NCBI GenBank assembly: GCA_963847445.1 | Contig: CAWJZV010000014.1 | Coordinates: 128,001 to 192,000, forward strand | DNA from: an uncultured delta proteobacterium | Lineage (GTDB): Bacteria > Desulfobacterota > Binatia > UBA9968 | Direction: 5' to 3' | Length of the DNA stretch: 64,000 bases | Shown: piece after piece, positions 1 to 9,436 of the stretch | Layout of the letters: each line of letters begins with the position of its first letter | How positions within the stretch are numbered: position 1 is the stretch's first letter | The notes under the pieces: generated by a model | The model's input: only the letters and a program-made list of their open reading frames with translations | The model's database searches: none | Told to the model about the DNA's origin: nothing | Made by a program: the position numbers and the translations under genes

Positions 1-675
1 CTGGCCGACCAGGGCGAATAACGCGGCGGCGCCGTAGTATGGCAAGCAACCGCCGCGGAATTTGAGTGATCCGAGTGTCCCCGAAACCCCGAGCGAGATG
101 AGCAGGCATAAAAACGACGTCGTGCTGCTGACCGTCGAAGCGATCAACGGCTCGTCCATCGTCAGCAAACCCAATTTGCGAATGTTCTGCGACACAGAAG
201 CGAGTAGGGCTGCTCCCAATGGGAACAGAATATCGACGGTGCGCCACTTGGCTTCGCCTACCCGGCGGTAAGAAACCAGCCAGGTTCCCAGCACCGTTAG
301 GATCGCGCCGGCATAGACGAACAGCCCAGGCCGTTCGCTCAAAACGAAGAACGCCAGCGCCATGGTAAACAGCGGCGCCGTGCCGCGCAGCGGGCCGGCG
401 CGCGACACGCCGAGGCGAATGATGCCCATGTAGAACAGCACGCGCACCATCGCCGGTTGGATCACGCCGCTGGCGACGAAGTACAAGTTGGCCGAATGAA
501 AAATCTTTTCCGCGGGAAACTGCGCGAAGATAAACGGCACCAGAAACACGACCGAAACCAGGAAACTGATAAACGCCGCGGTCGACGCGTTGGAGAACGC
601 CGTCCCCTTGCGCACGAGGATCGAATCCACCGCCCACGCCGCCGCCGATAACAGTGCCCAGATCTCGCCGCTCAT
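1..675 (-). CDS. EamA/DMT family transporter (3' end outside window)
   Basis: Manual translation from ATG at 675 (AGGA RBS): MSGEIWALLSAAAWAVDSILVRKG...LGVSRAGPLRGTAPLFTMALAFFVLSERP, a hydrophobic EamA-type repeat. Absent from the ORF track because it runs off the edge. Confidence 0.85.
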   Translation of the reverse strand, partial: MSGEIWALLSAAAWAVDSILVRKGTAFSNASTAAFISFLVSVVFLVPFIFAQFPAEKIFHSANLYFVASGVIQPAMVRVLFYMGIIRLGVSRAGPLRGTAPLFTMALAFFVLSERPGLFVYAGAILTVLGTWLVSYRRVGEAKWRTVDILFPLGAALLASVSQNIRKLGLLTMDEPLIASTVSSTTSFLCLLISLGVSGTLGSLKFRGGCLPYYGAAALFALVGQ

Positions 676-830
676 TCCTTGCTAGCCGAACTTTCTTGCC
701 GACTTCGGAGACTTAGCACAGCCGCCGCGGCCAAGATACCGGCCGGCAGCGCCAATTTAGTTGTATTCGAATTTTTCGCAATATATGTTGGCGCGAAGCT
801 GCTTGCATTAACTTTTGCGCCGGGGAATTC

Positions 831-1391
831 ATGAAAAAACTATTAGGATTGTTGGTGATGAGCGGTGCGGTTACCGCGGCATTGTTTCTGTTAACCAGCC
901 TTTCCGGACCCGGTGGCGGGCAGCCCAGTCAAGCGATCACACTCAAGCCCGGATCCCAGGTGCAGGATGGCTCCATCGTCTCCATCGAATACACTCTCAC
1001 CGGTGACGACGGCAAAGTCATCGATAGCAGCGCCGGCAAAGAACCGCTCACTTATATCCACGGCGCCGGACAGATCGTCAAGGGGCTGGAGCAGGAGCTC
1101 AACGGCCTCAAGGTCGGCGATCAAAAGAAAGTCAGCGTTAAACCGGAGGACGGCTACGGCATGCCGAGCGAAAAGGCCTTCCAGGAAATCCCCCGGGAAA
1201 AGGTTCCCGCCGAGGCGCAAAAAGAAGGCGCGACGCTGATGATGAAATCGCCCGACGGCCGACCCATCCCAATCAAGATCGCGCAAGTGAAAGAAAAAAC
1301 CGTCGTCGTCGACTTCAATCATCCCCTCGCCGGCAAGACGCTGCACTTCGACGTTAAGGTCAAGGACATCCAAGCCGCCGAAACCCGGTAA
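831..1391 (+). CDS. FKBP-type peptidyl-prolyl isomerase, SlyD-like, with N-terminal signal/TM segment
   Basis: Motifs VSIEYTL..DGKVIDSS, EPLTYIHGAGQIVKGLE, DFNHPLAGKTLHFDVKV; hydrophobic N-terminus MKKLLGLLVMSGAVTAALFLL. Confidence 0.92.
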   Translation: MKKLLGLLVMSGAVTAALFLLTSLSGPGGGQPSQAITLKPGSQVQDGSIVSIEYTLTGDDGKVIDSSAGKEPLTYIHGAGQIVKGLEQELNGLKVGDQKKVSVKPEDGYGMPSEKAFQEIPREKVPAEAQKEGATLMMKSPDGRPIPIKIAQVKEKTVVVDFNHPLAGKTLHFDVKVKDIQAAETR

Positions 1392-1399
1392 GAGATCAC

Positions 1400-1504
1400 G
1401 AGTGATGGAGACTGAGAGTGATGGAGTACTGGAGCACTGGAGTAATGCGTTCCGAATTCAAGCCGAAACCCAAAACTCCATTACTCCATCACTCCATTGC
1501 CTCC
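1400..1504. repeat. Palindromic repeat with arms of tandem ~8-bp units (GGAGTAAT / ATTACTCC), family C
   Basis: GAGTGATGGAGTACTGGAGCACTGGAGTAATG ... ACTCCATTACTCCATCACTCCATTGCCTCC; second copy at 59474-59545. Confidence 0.85.
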
Positions 1505-1505
1505 C

Positions 1506-2774
1506 ATGCGCCCCCGGTTCTTCTACGGCTACGTCATCATCGCTCTCTGCTTCGCCAACATGGTGGTGATGCGCGGCGTCAATGGCGCCTTCGGGGTTTA
1601 CTATCTCGCTTTGTTGGAAGAGTTCCCTTGGTCGCGCAGCGCCGGCGCCAGCATCGCGTCGGCGAACTTTTTCGTCTACGCCATCGCCTCGCCGCTGGTC
1701 GGACTCGCCTTCGACCGCTATGGGCCGCGGCTGCTCATGCCCGTGGGTGCGTTCTTGACCGGCCTTGGACTGGTGCTGTCATCTTTTGCGCACTCCCTCG
1801 GCGGCCTGTATTTCACCTACGGCATCGTCACCGCCTTGGGCCAAGGCGCCCTCAGTTTTGTCGGCCATAATGCGCTGATCTCATTCTGGTTCGTGCGCAA
1901 GCGCGCCACCGCCATCGGCATCGCCTCCATGGGCCAAGGGTTGGGCGCACTGGTGATGGTGCCGGCGACGCAATTGCTGGTCAGCTCCATCGGCTGGCGT
2001 TGGACCTACGTCGCCACCGGCGCTCTGCTCCTGCTCATATTGGTTCCGGCCAACGCATTCTTCCAGCGCCGCACGCCGGCGGAGGTCGGCCAGTTTCCCG
2101 ACGGCGACGCCGCGCCGTCGAGCGGCCCCACCGCCGGACGGCATGGCGCGAAACTCGCAGGCCAGCGCGACTGGACCCTCGGCCAGGCGGCACGCTCGTT
2201 TCCATTCTGGTGCATCACCATCGGCCACTTGGCGCTGGGCACCGCGCTGTTCATGATCAACACCCACGCCATCGCCCATTTCGTCGCCGTCGGTTACGAA
2301 AAGTTGGCGGCATCCTTTTACTTCGGCTTCATCGGTTTCATCCGGATTGGCGCGACGTTGATATGGGGCTCGCTTTCCGACCGCCTCGGCCGCAGCCAAA
2401 CCTACGCTGTCGCCACCGCCGTCACCGCGCTCGGCGTCGCCGGCATGATCGCCATGACCTTCGGCGCGCCGCTCTGGCTGGTCTATCTCACCATCGCTCT
2501 CTACGGCATCGGCCACAGCGCCGGCAACCCAACCTACGGCTCGGTCATCGGCGACATTTTTTCCGGCCGCAAGATCGGCCTGATTTTCGGATTTTTGGAA
2601 ATCAGCTTCGGCTTCGGCAGCGCCTTCGGCTCCTGGATCGGCGGCTATCTGTTCGACACCACCGGCAGCTACGCCTGGTCGTTTGGCGTCTGCCTCCTCT
2701 GCTACATCATCTCCGGCCTGGCGATTCACCTGTGCGTTCGTTGGCACAGCCGGGAAATGGCCCGCGCCCATTGA
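1506..2774 (+). CDS. MFS transporter
   Basis: About 12 hydrophobic segments; motif A GLAFDRYGPR and GSLSDRLGR; ATG at 1506. Confidence 0.92.
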   Translation: MRPRFFYGYVIIALCFANMVVMRGVNGAFGVYYLALLEEFPWSRSAGASIASANFFVYAIASPLVGLAFDRYGPRLLMPVGAFLTGLGLVLSSFAHSLGGLYFTYGIVTALGQGALSFVGHNALISFWFVRKRATAIGIASMGQGLGALVMVPATQLLVSSIGWRWTYVATGALLLLILVPANAFFQRRTPAEVGQFPDGDAAPSSGPTAGRHGAKLAGQRDWTLGQAARSFPFWCITIGHLALGTALFMINTHAIAHFVAVGYEKLAASFYFGFIGFIRIGATLIWGSLSDRLGRSQTYAVATAVTALGVAGMIAMTFGAPLWLVYLTIALYGIGHSAGNPTYGSVIGDIFSGRKIGLIFGFLEISFGFGSAFGSWIGGYLFDTTGSYAWSFGVCLLCYIISGLAIHLCVRWHSREMARAH

Positions 2775-2837
2775 CAGCGCCGCATACAGCCGCCTAATAA
2801 ATGCTCGGGAACGGATTGGATTTCACCACAACGACAT

Positions 2838-3016
2838 GCGCGGCATAGCCGCAACCGATATTCGGAATATCTCGCGCAAAGGGCGCAATGGAAGAACGTT
2901 GTCATATCGAACGGAGAGAGAAATCCTGCTTAGATTCCTCGCCTTCGCTCGGGATGACAGGCCTGTGGCTTGTCACTTTCCGACCTTGGCGTCCTTGGCG
3001 CGAGGAATATCCGAAT
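2838..3016. repeat. Composite palindromic element, family B arms enclosing a GTCAT...ATGAC hairpin unit
   Basis: TCGGAATATCTCGCGCAAA...TGTCATATCGAAC..AGAAATC..AGATTCCTCGCCTTCGCTCGGGATGAC...CTTGGCGCGAGGAATATCCGAA; same layout at 20467 and 26970. Confidence 0.8.
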
Positions 3017-3036
3017 TTGAAAAGTAAGGAGCAATC

Positions 3037-4029
3037 ATGAACTTCTGTCTACATGGTTCGGCGCGCACGGTGAACGAAGCGGTCGAGCGCGCCAAACGCG
3101 CCGAAGCCCTCGGCTTCGAGGCGATTTTTTTCGCCGACAGCCAGATGAACAACGTCGATCCTTACCAAGCGATGGCGCTGTGCGCCGTCAACACGAAAAC
3201 CATCCGTTTCGGCACCGCGGTGACCAACATGGTCTACCGCGATCCGACGATCACGGCGTGCTCCTACGCGACGCTGAATGAAATCTCCGGCGGCCGCGCC
3301 ATCGTCGGCATGGGCACCGGCGATGGGCCGGTTTACAGCCTAGGCCGAACCGCGACCAAGCTCGTCGACTTCGAGAAAGGGCTGCGCGTGATCCGCGACC
3401 TGCTCCATGACCGCGGCATCGACATTCCGCAGAGCCATGAACGCCAAGGCGGCGTGGTTAAATTGAAAGCCGGCAAGCGGCCAGTGCCGATATACATCTC
3501 GGCGGAAGGGCCGAAAACCCTGCGGGTCGCCGGCCGCACCTGCGATGGCATCATTCTGGGCACCGGCTTCGACAAGCGGGTCACCGACTGGGCGCGCCAA
3601 CGACTCGCCGAAGGCGCCAGAGACGAAGGGCGAAACTTGGCCGACATCGACATCATGCCCGCCGGCATGATCGTCGTCGATGACGACGGCGACCTGGCGC
3701 GCCGGCGTGTGCGCAGCCGCATGGCCAACCGTGCCCATCATAATTTTCGCTTCACCATGGAGACCGTGCCCGAAGGCGAGGCCGCCGGCATTCAAAAATT
3801 CATGGAAAATTTCGACATCGCGAAACCGATCGAAGAGCGCGTCGACCCCGACTTCGTCACCGATTACCTGCTCGAACGCTTCACCATCGCCGGCACGCCC
3901 GCCGAATGCATCGCCAAAGTGAAAAGGCTCGAAGCCGACGGCATAACGCGAATACTCCTCACACCGCCCAACGCGATCTACGATCAGGTGATGGAGAAGT
4001 GGGGCAGGCAGGTAATCGAAAAATACTAG
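3037..4029 (+). CDS. LLM-class flavin/F420-dependent oxidoreductase
   Basis: AEALGFEAIFFADSQ, TIRFGTAVTN, ATLNEISGGRAIVGMGTGD, PIYISAEGPKTL..AG; AAGGAG RBS. Confidence 0.9.
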   Translation: MNFCLHGSARTVNEAVERAKRAEALGFEAIFFADSQMNNVDPYQAMALCAVNTKTIRFGTAVTNMVYRDPTITACSYATLNEISGGRAIVGMGTGDGPVYSLGRTATKLVDFEKGLRVIRDLLHDRGIDIPQSHERQGGVVKLKAGKRPVPIYISAEGPKTLRVAGRTCDGIILGTGFDKRVTDWARQRLAEGARDEGRNLADIDIMPAGMIVVDDDGDLARRRVRSRMANRAHHNFRFTMETVPEGEAAGIQKFMENFDIAKPIEERVDPDFVTDYLLERFTIAGTPAECIAKVKRLEADGITRILLTPPNAIYDQVMEKWGRQVIEKY

Positions 4030-4154
4030 CAGGCTGCTGAAAAAGACCCATATGCTTCGTTGCGCTCAATCGCCTCGCGTCAACGTACTGCCGATGTACG
4101 CCTCCGCTCGCCGATTTTTCGCGCGCCTTGCCTCTGGATCTTTTAAGCAACCTG
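4030..4154. mobile_element. MITE-like element with terminal inverted repeats
   Basis: Left CAGGCTGCTGAAAAAG; right CTTTTTAAGCAACCTG (2 mismatches in 16 bp); flanked by CTAG/CTAA; no coding capacity. Confidence 0.75.
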
Positions 4155-4189
4155 CTAAAGGTCACAAGTCGGAGGGCAAATACCCCCGG

Positions 4190-4563
4190 GCGATCATCGA
4201 TCCTCAATCCTCGATCATCGGCCTTATTACTACTTGGCGCCCTGCTGGCAATTCCGGCAATCGCCCAAGGACAAATCAAACTACGCGAGGCTATGTCGAA
4301 GCCATCGGCCGCATCAAACGCAGCCCCGACTCGGCTTACCGCGCGCTATCGCGCTACACCGGCGTCAGCGACGCCGCCGCCTGGGAGAAATCCGCAAATT
4401 CTACGCCGACAGCTTCGCCAGCGTGCCACGCACGGAATCGAACGGCTGGCGCAATCTCATCGCTACGCTGGGCAAAAGCGAAGCGGAGATGGTCCGCTTG
4501 ATCGACATGAGCTTGCTCGATGAGCTGCAGCGGGAAGGATTCTTCGAACGGATGGGCAAGTAG
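4190..4563 (+). pseudogene. Internally deleted NitT/TauT-type ABC solute-binding protein remnant
   Basis: Signal-peptide-like LLLLGALLAIPAIAQGQIKLR joined across frameshifts to C-terminal GYVEAIGRIKRSP...LIDMSLLDELQREGFFERMGK, which resembles the end of the SBP at 24666. Confidence 0.7.
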
Positions 4564-4709
4564 ACTCGATTTCTCGCTACAATTCGTCATCGCCAACAAA
4601 GATAAATATTTCTGGCGAATTGAAACACCCGATTCGTTGAGTTCACCTGCGTCACCATGTACCCTTGATGTACAATCCAATCGCAGTAAATGCGTGAGAG
4701 GGGAACTAA

Positions 4710-5356
4710 ATGCAGGTTAAACTTATCACTTGGGTCGCCGCCGCCAAGATTTCGCTGTCGCTGATGCGTCATGTTCGCTATTTCATTCTCGGTTAGCGCA
4801 GCGGAGAAAGCCAAGAACGATCTACGTCGTCAAAGACGGCATGCTGGTGAGCATGGATTACACGCTCAAGGGCACCGACGGCAAAGTGATCGATACCAAC
4901 AAAGGTCGTGAGCCTCTCAAGTATGTCCATGGGCAAAAGATGATGATCCCCGGCCTGGAGAAAGAGCTCACCGGCATGAAGGTCGGCGGCGAGAAGAACG
5001 TCACGGTCAAACCGGAAGACGCCTATGGGCCGATTAACAAGAATGCCTTTCAAGAAGTCCCGAAAGAAAAACTTCCCGCCAATGGTTTGAAAGTCGGCGC
5101 CGTAATGGCGGCGAAGAGTCCCGAGGGGCAAGTCGTGCCCATGCGCGTCCATGAAATCAAAGACAGCACTGTGGTCATGGACATGAACCATCCGATGGCC
5201 GGCAAGACTCTGGTCTTCAACGTCAAGATCGTCGACATCCAGCCGGCGCCGCCGCCAGCGGCTGCCAAGCCAGCGGCGCCGGCGAAACCTGCGGAACCGG
5301 CTAAACCGGCAACTCCGGCGCAACCGGCAAAACCCGCGGATCCTGCGGTAAAATAA
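4710..5356 (+). CDS. FKBP-type peptidyl-prolyl isomerase, SlyD-like, with Pro/Ala/Lys-rich tail (5' end frameshifted)
   Basis: VSMDYTLKGTDGKVIDTN, EPLKYVHG..MIPGLEKEL, DMNHPMAGKTLVFNVKIV; PAKPA repeats; probable true ATG at 4710 after GAGGGG, in another frame. Confidence 0.88.
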
Positions 5357-5375
5357 CCGGACGAGCCACCCGTTC

Positions 5376-6126
5376 ATGGAGCTCGAAGAATTCGCCGCCC
5401 GAGTGCGTGACTCTCACGAGCTGGTTTTTTTCACCGGCGCCGGCATCAGCACCGAATCCGGCGTGCCCGACTTCCGCAGCCCCGGCGGCGTCTGGACGAA
5501 ATACCAGCCGGTGCTGTTCCAAGATTTTCTCGCCAGCGAAGCCGCGCGAGTGCAACACTGGCAGCTCAAGAAAGCCACCTACGAGCTGTTTAAAACGGTC
5601 AAGCCCAACATCGGCCACCGGGCGATTTGCCAATTCGAACAGCGCGGTCAATTGCTCGGCTTGATCACGCAAAATATCGACGGCCTGCACAAGCTCGCCG
5701 GCACTTCGGACAGCCGTTTGGTCGAGCTACACGGCACCGATCGGTTCGTCACCTGCCTCAAGTGCGGCAAGAGCTTTTCAACCCGCCGACGTCTACGAGA
5801 CTTGGCAAGAAGGACTGCCGACGCCGACTTGCGACGCCTGCGGCGGTTTCCTGAAATCCGCCAACATCTCGTTCGGCCAATCGATGCCGGTCGAAGCGAT
5901 GCAGCGCGCCCAGCGCTGGAGCGAGCAGGCCGATATCTTCATCGTCATCGGCTCATCCTTGCAAGTGCAACCGGCGGCATCCTTCCCGGTTATCGCAAAA
6001 CGCAGCGGCGCGCTCCTCGCCATCGTCAACCGCGACCCGACACCGCTCGACGACCTCGCCGACTTCATTCATAATGGCGCCATCGGCGAATTCTTTACCC
6101 AGCTCAAGATCCTGCTCGATCATTAA
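5376..6126 (+). CDS. cobB: Sir2-family NAD-dependent protein deacylase (frameshift near 5780)
   Basis: GAGISTESGVPDFRSPGG, QNIDGLH, HGT, CxxC; C-terminal GSSLQVQPAA and VNRDPTP lie in the next frame. Confidence 0.9.
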
Positions 6127-6178
6127 GGGCTTGGGTAGATTCGTCATCGAACGATATCCGTTCGCTAGAGACGACCCC

Positions 6179-7030
6179 ATGCAGCTCATGCGTATGGCCG
6201 AAGTGCCGGCCACCGACCGCAAACGAGTTTTCCGCTACTCTGGCGGCCGCGCCTTAATAGCCACCGCCGTTGTCGTTGCCTTAGCGGTCGGTGCTTTGCT
6301 GCTTGCCTGGACGACCGCGCACTGGCTCGCCTATTACTTAGCCGCCGTCGCGACAATCTTGCCGCTGATATTTCACAAACTCGTCACTGCCCGCTTCCGT
6401 TCATCCAACTGGCTCGTGCGCCTCACCGACCACGGCCTGTTCATTAAATTTCGCTCCTATCTGAATTTCCATTTCCCCGACCAGGATCTATCCGTCGTGT
6501 TCATTTCTCACTCGGAGATTCGCTCGGCGCGATTTATCCTGCAGAAGCAGGAAGTCCCGGATCGAAACGACGGCGGCCGGCCGGCAACGACGGCCAAAAC
6601 GCAAAAATTGGTGGAGTTGGAACTTGCGAGTGAATCCAAAAAGCTCGCCGACGCACTGACCGGCGAGCGAGCCCACACCCTCGGCGGCAAGAACCTCGGC
6701 AAAATCTCATCGCGATACCATCACCTGCCGGTCCGCCTGGCCGCACCGGATCGATTACAAATCGAATGGGGTGTCGTGCCCAACGCCCAGACCTTTCTCG
6801 ATGCACTTACCCGGCACACGCTGGTGCAACCTACCGAAACAACCTCGAAGGATTTCGTCAACCTGGAAGAACTCAACCGAGACGAACAAGAAACCCGCCT
6901 GCTCGAACTTGCCGCAGCGGGCGACAAGATCGGCGCCATCACGATGGCGCGCCGGCTCTATCACTACGATCTCACTCAAGCCAAAGAGTTCATCGAAGGG
7001 CTCGCCAACAAACGCTCACCGCAAGCGTAG
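6179..7030 (+). CDS. Hypothetical membrane protein with C-terminal L7/L12-CTD-like helical motif
   Basis: Two TM segments; C-terminal GDKIGAITMARRLYHYDLTQAKEFIE resembles the K-I-x-A-I-K...L-x-E-A-K pattern. Confidence 0.65.
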   Translation: MQLMRMAEVPATDRKRVFRYSGGRALIATAVVVALAVGALLLAWTTAHWLAYYLAAVATILPLIFHKLVTARFRSSNWLVRLTDHGLFIKFRSYLNFHFPDQDLSVVFISHSEIRSARFILQKQEVPDRNDGGRPATTAKTQKLVELELASESKKLADALTGERAHTLGGKNLGKISSRYHHLPVRLAAPDRLQIEWGVVPNAQTFLDALTRHTLVQPTETTSKDFVNLEELNRDEQETRLLELAAAGDKIGAITMARRLYHYDLTQAKEFIEGLANKRSPQA

Positions 7031-7041
7031 CTGCTTTCAAA

Positions 7042-7641
7042 ATGGCAACCATCGAAACCGTCCTCACCTACTGGTTCGGCGCCAATCCCGGCGAAGCCGC
7101 GCTGGCCAAAGACCGCGCCGATTTGTGGTGGTCGAAAAATGGCGAAGTCGACAGAGAGATTCGCCAGCGATTCGAGGGCAGCCTTGAGCTCGCCGCAGCG
7201 GGAAAGCTCGACCCGTGGCTCGCCGAGCCGCGCGGCCGGCTCGCGCTGATAATTCTAACCGATCAATTTCCGCGCAGCATCTACCGCGATTCACCGCTGG
7301 CTTTCAGCTTCGACGCGAAAGCACTTAAGTGCAGTCTCGAAGGCATGCAACAGCGCCACGACCGATTACTACAACCCATCGAGAGAGCTTTCTTCTATCT
7401 ACCGCTGGAGCATTCAGAACTGCTGGAGCATCAAGAGCGGTCGGTTCTTATATTTGGCAATCTCGTACCGCGGGTCGCGGCAGAACAAAAAGAAATCTTC
7501 GAGCATTATTTAAGCTTCGCCATCCTGCACCGCGATATCATCGCGCGCTTTGGCCGTTTCCCGCACCGTAATCGAATCCTCGGCCGGTCATCGACGGCCG
7601 AAGAGTTACATTTTCTCTCTCAGCCCGGCTCTTCGTTCTGA
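7042..7641 (+). CDS. DUF924 family protein
   Basis: VLTYWFG, LALIILTDQFPRSIYR, FFYLPLEHSE, IIARFGRFPHRNRILGRSSTAEE. Confidence 0.92.
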   Translation: MATIETVLTYWFGANPGEAALAKDRADLWWSKNGEVDREIRQRFEGSLELAAAGKLDPWLAEPRGRLALIILTDQFPRSIYRDSPLAFSFDAKALKCSLEGMQQRHDRLLQPIERAFFYLPLEHSELLEHQERSVLIFGNLVPRVAAEQKEIFEHYLSFAILHRDIIARFGRFPHRNRILGRSSTAEELHFLSQPGSSF

Positions 7642-7642
7642 G

Positions 7643-8392
7643 CTAAGCTTCTTGTTGCAATTCGCGCACGACCTGCTCCAACTCAGTCAAGACCGTCTGA
7701 TAAAGTAGCTCGCCATCCGTGGCGCTCGCCGCGGCGGGAAAACCATCGACGCCGATCTCTGAGTGTTCCTTGATATTAACGTAGCGGGTAATGCCCTCGC
7801 CGGAAATAAACCGGCTGTGATGCAGCTGATCCGAGCGAAAGCCATCGGGCAGCGCGCTCAAGTCGACCAGCTGCGGCGCCAAGTAAAGCATCAGCGAAGT
7901 TTCCAGTTCACCGGAGTGACCCATGCCTTTGGATTTTGACTTCTTAAGCGACTTAACCAGAGCTGGCACCAAATCCCAATAAACGATCACGTTAATCGAA
8001 AAACCCATCTCCGCGTAGAGCTCCTGCCCCAACACTTGCAAGCTGGCCCGGTTGCCGCCATGGCCGTTGAGCAGAATCATCCGGCGAAAACCATGGGCAT
8101 GCATGCAGCCACAAATATCCCGCAGCAAATCGATGAACACCCGCGGCCTCAGTGTAATCGTGCCGGGGAAATCCATGTGATGCCCCGAAGTCCCCGCCCA
8201 CACCGGCGGCAAGGTAAGAATTCCCGGCATGCGCTTTTCCAGATCCTCGGCAATGCGATTGGCGACAAAATGATCGACTTGCAACGGCAAGTGCGGTCCA
8301 TGTTGCTCCATCGAACCGGTCGGTAATATCGTGACGATCTTTGAGCGGTCCAAAGCCTTCATCTGCGGCCAACGCTGTTCACCCCATTTCAT
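7643..8392 (-). CDS. Creatininase/MftE-family amidohydrolase
   Basis: GSMEQHGPHLPLQVD, HHMDFPGTI, NGHGGN, HSGELETS. Confidence 0.92.
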   Translation of the reverse strand: MKWGEQRWPQMKALDRSKIVTILPTGSMEQHGPHLPLQVDHFVANRIAEDLEKRMPGILTLPPVWAGTSGHHMDFPGTITLRPRVFIDLLRDICGCMHAHGFRRMILLNGHGGNRASLQVLGQELYAEMGFSINVIVYWDLVPALVKSLKKSKSKGMGHSGELETSLMLYLAPQLVDLSALPDGFRSDQLHHSRFISGEGITRYVNIKEHSEIGVDGFPAAASATDGELLYQTVLTELEQVVRELQQEA

Positions 8393-8425
8393 GATGCACC
8401 TCCGTAGCACAAGGTAAAATCTCGA

Positions 8426-9418
8426 TTACGGCCGCAATAAAATCTTCTTAGCCCCGACTCCCGCAGCTGCCGCTATGGCATCGATACCATCTTTCAATGG
8501 ATATATCGCTTCAATCAGCGGCGTCACCGCCACGCGCTTTGCCGCCAAGGCATCGAGGGCGTCGGGAAACGGGCCGCAGCGCGATCCGATCACATTGATC
8601 TCGTTGATCACGATGGCAGCCAACGAGACTTCATGGTTGCCGGCGATGGTGCTTTTTAGAATCAACGTCCCGCGCGGCCGCACCGCACTGAGAGCGAGTT
8701 CCAGACCCGACGCAGAGCCGGTGGCCTCAACGACGATGTCGAATAGGCGCGGCTGCCAGTCATTCAATTGAACAGTCCTGACGCCAGTCTTTTTTATCCG
8801 CGCGAGTTTATCGGCGTGCTTGCCCAGCGCCGTGACCCTGGCGCCGGTGAGGTTCACCACTTGGGCGCACAGATTGCCCAACTTGCCGTCGCCCAGCACC
8901 AGCACTTCGTGGCCATGATCGATTTGCACCTGCGTCAAGATTTCACAAGCCGCCGCCAGCGGCTCGGTGAACACCGCTTCTTCGTCGCCAATGCTGTCTG
9001 GGACCGGATGCAGATTAGCCACCGGCACCGCGACATATTCGGCAAACGCGCCATCGGCGTTAACGATGCCCATCACGCTGCGATTCGGGCAATGGCGGGA
9101 AAGATCACTCCGGCAATTATCGCAACTGCCGCAACCGAAATTGATTTCACCGACCGCCCGCTTGCCGATCCATTCACGCGGACCTTCAACAACCGAACCG
9201 ATGAACTCGTGACCGGGCACCCCGGTAAAACCCATATAGCCTTTGAGAATTTGCAAATCGGTGGAGCAAACACCGGCGAGATGAACTTTGACCAAGGCCA
9301 TTGCCTTCGCATCAATTTGCGAAGCGATCCTCGATCCTCCATCCTCGATTCTCAACCCAGGCGACGGATAAGCCGAGTCGAACCTCAGCTTATGTCCGTC
9401 CCAGTGAAGCGCCTCCAT
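8426..9418 (-). CDS. Zinc-dependent alcohol dehydrogenase (MDR family)
   Basis: GVCSTD, GHEFIG, CGSCDNC..HC structural Zn site, GDGKLG, GSRCGPF. Confidence 0.92.
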   Translation of the reverse strand: MEALHWDGHKLRFDSAYPSPGLRIEDGGSRIASQIDAKAMALVKVHLAGVCSTDLQILKGYMGFTGVPGHEFIGSVVEGPREWIGKRAVGEINFGCGSCDNCRSDLSRHCPNRSVMGIVNADGAFAEYVAVPVANLHPVPDSIGDEEAVFTEPLAAACEILTQVQIDHGHEVLVLGDGKLGNLCAQVVNLTGARVTALGKHADKLARIKKTGVRTVQLNDWQPRLFDIVVEATGSASGLELALSAVRPRGTLILKSTIAGNHEVSLAAIVINEINVIGSRCGPFPDALDALAAKRVAVTPLIEAIYPLKDGIDAIAAAAGVGAKKILLRP

Positions 9419-9436
9419 GATTGTGAATTCGGCGAG

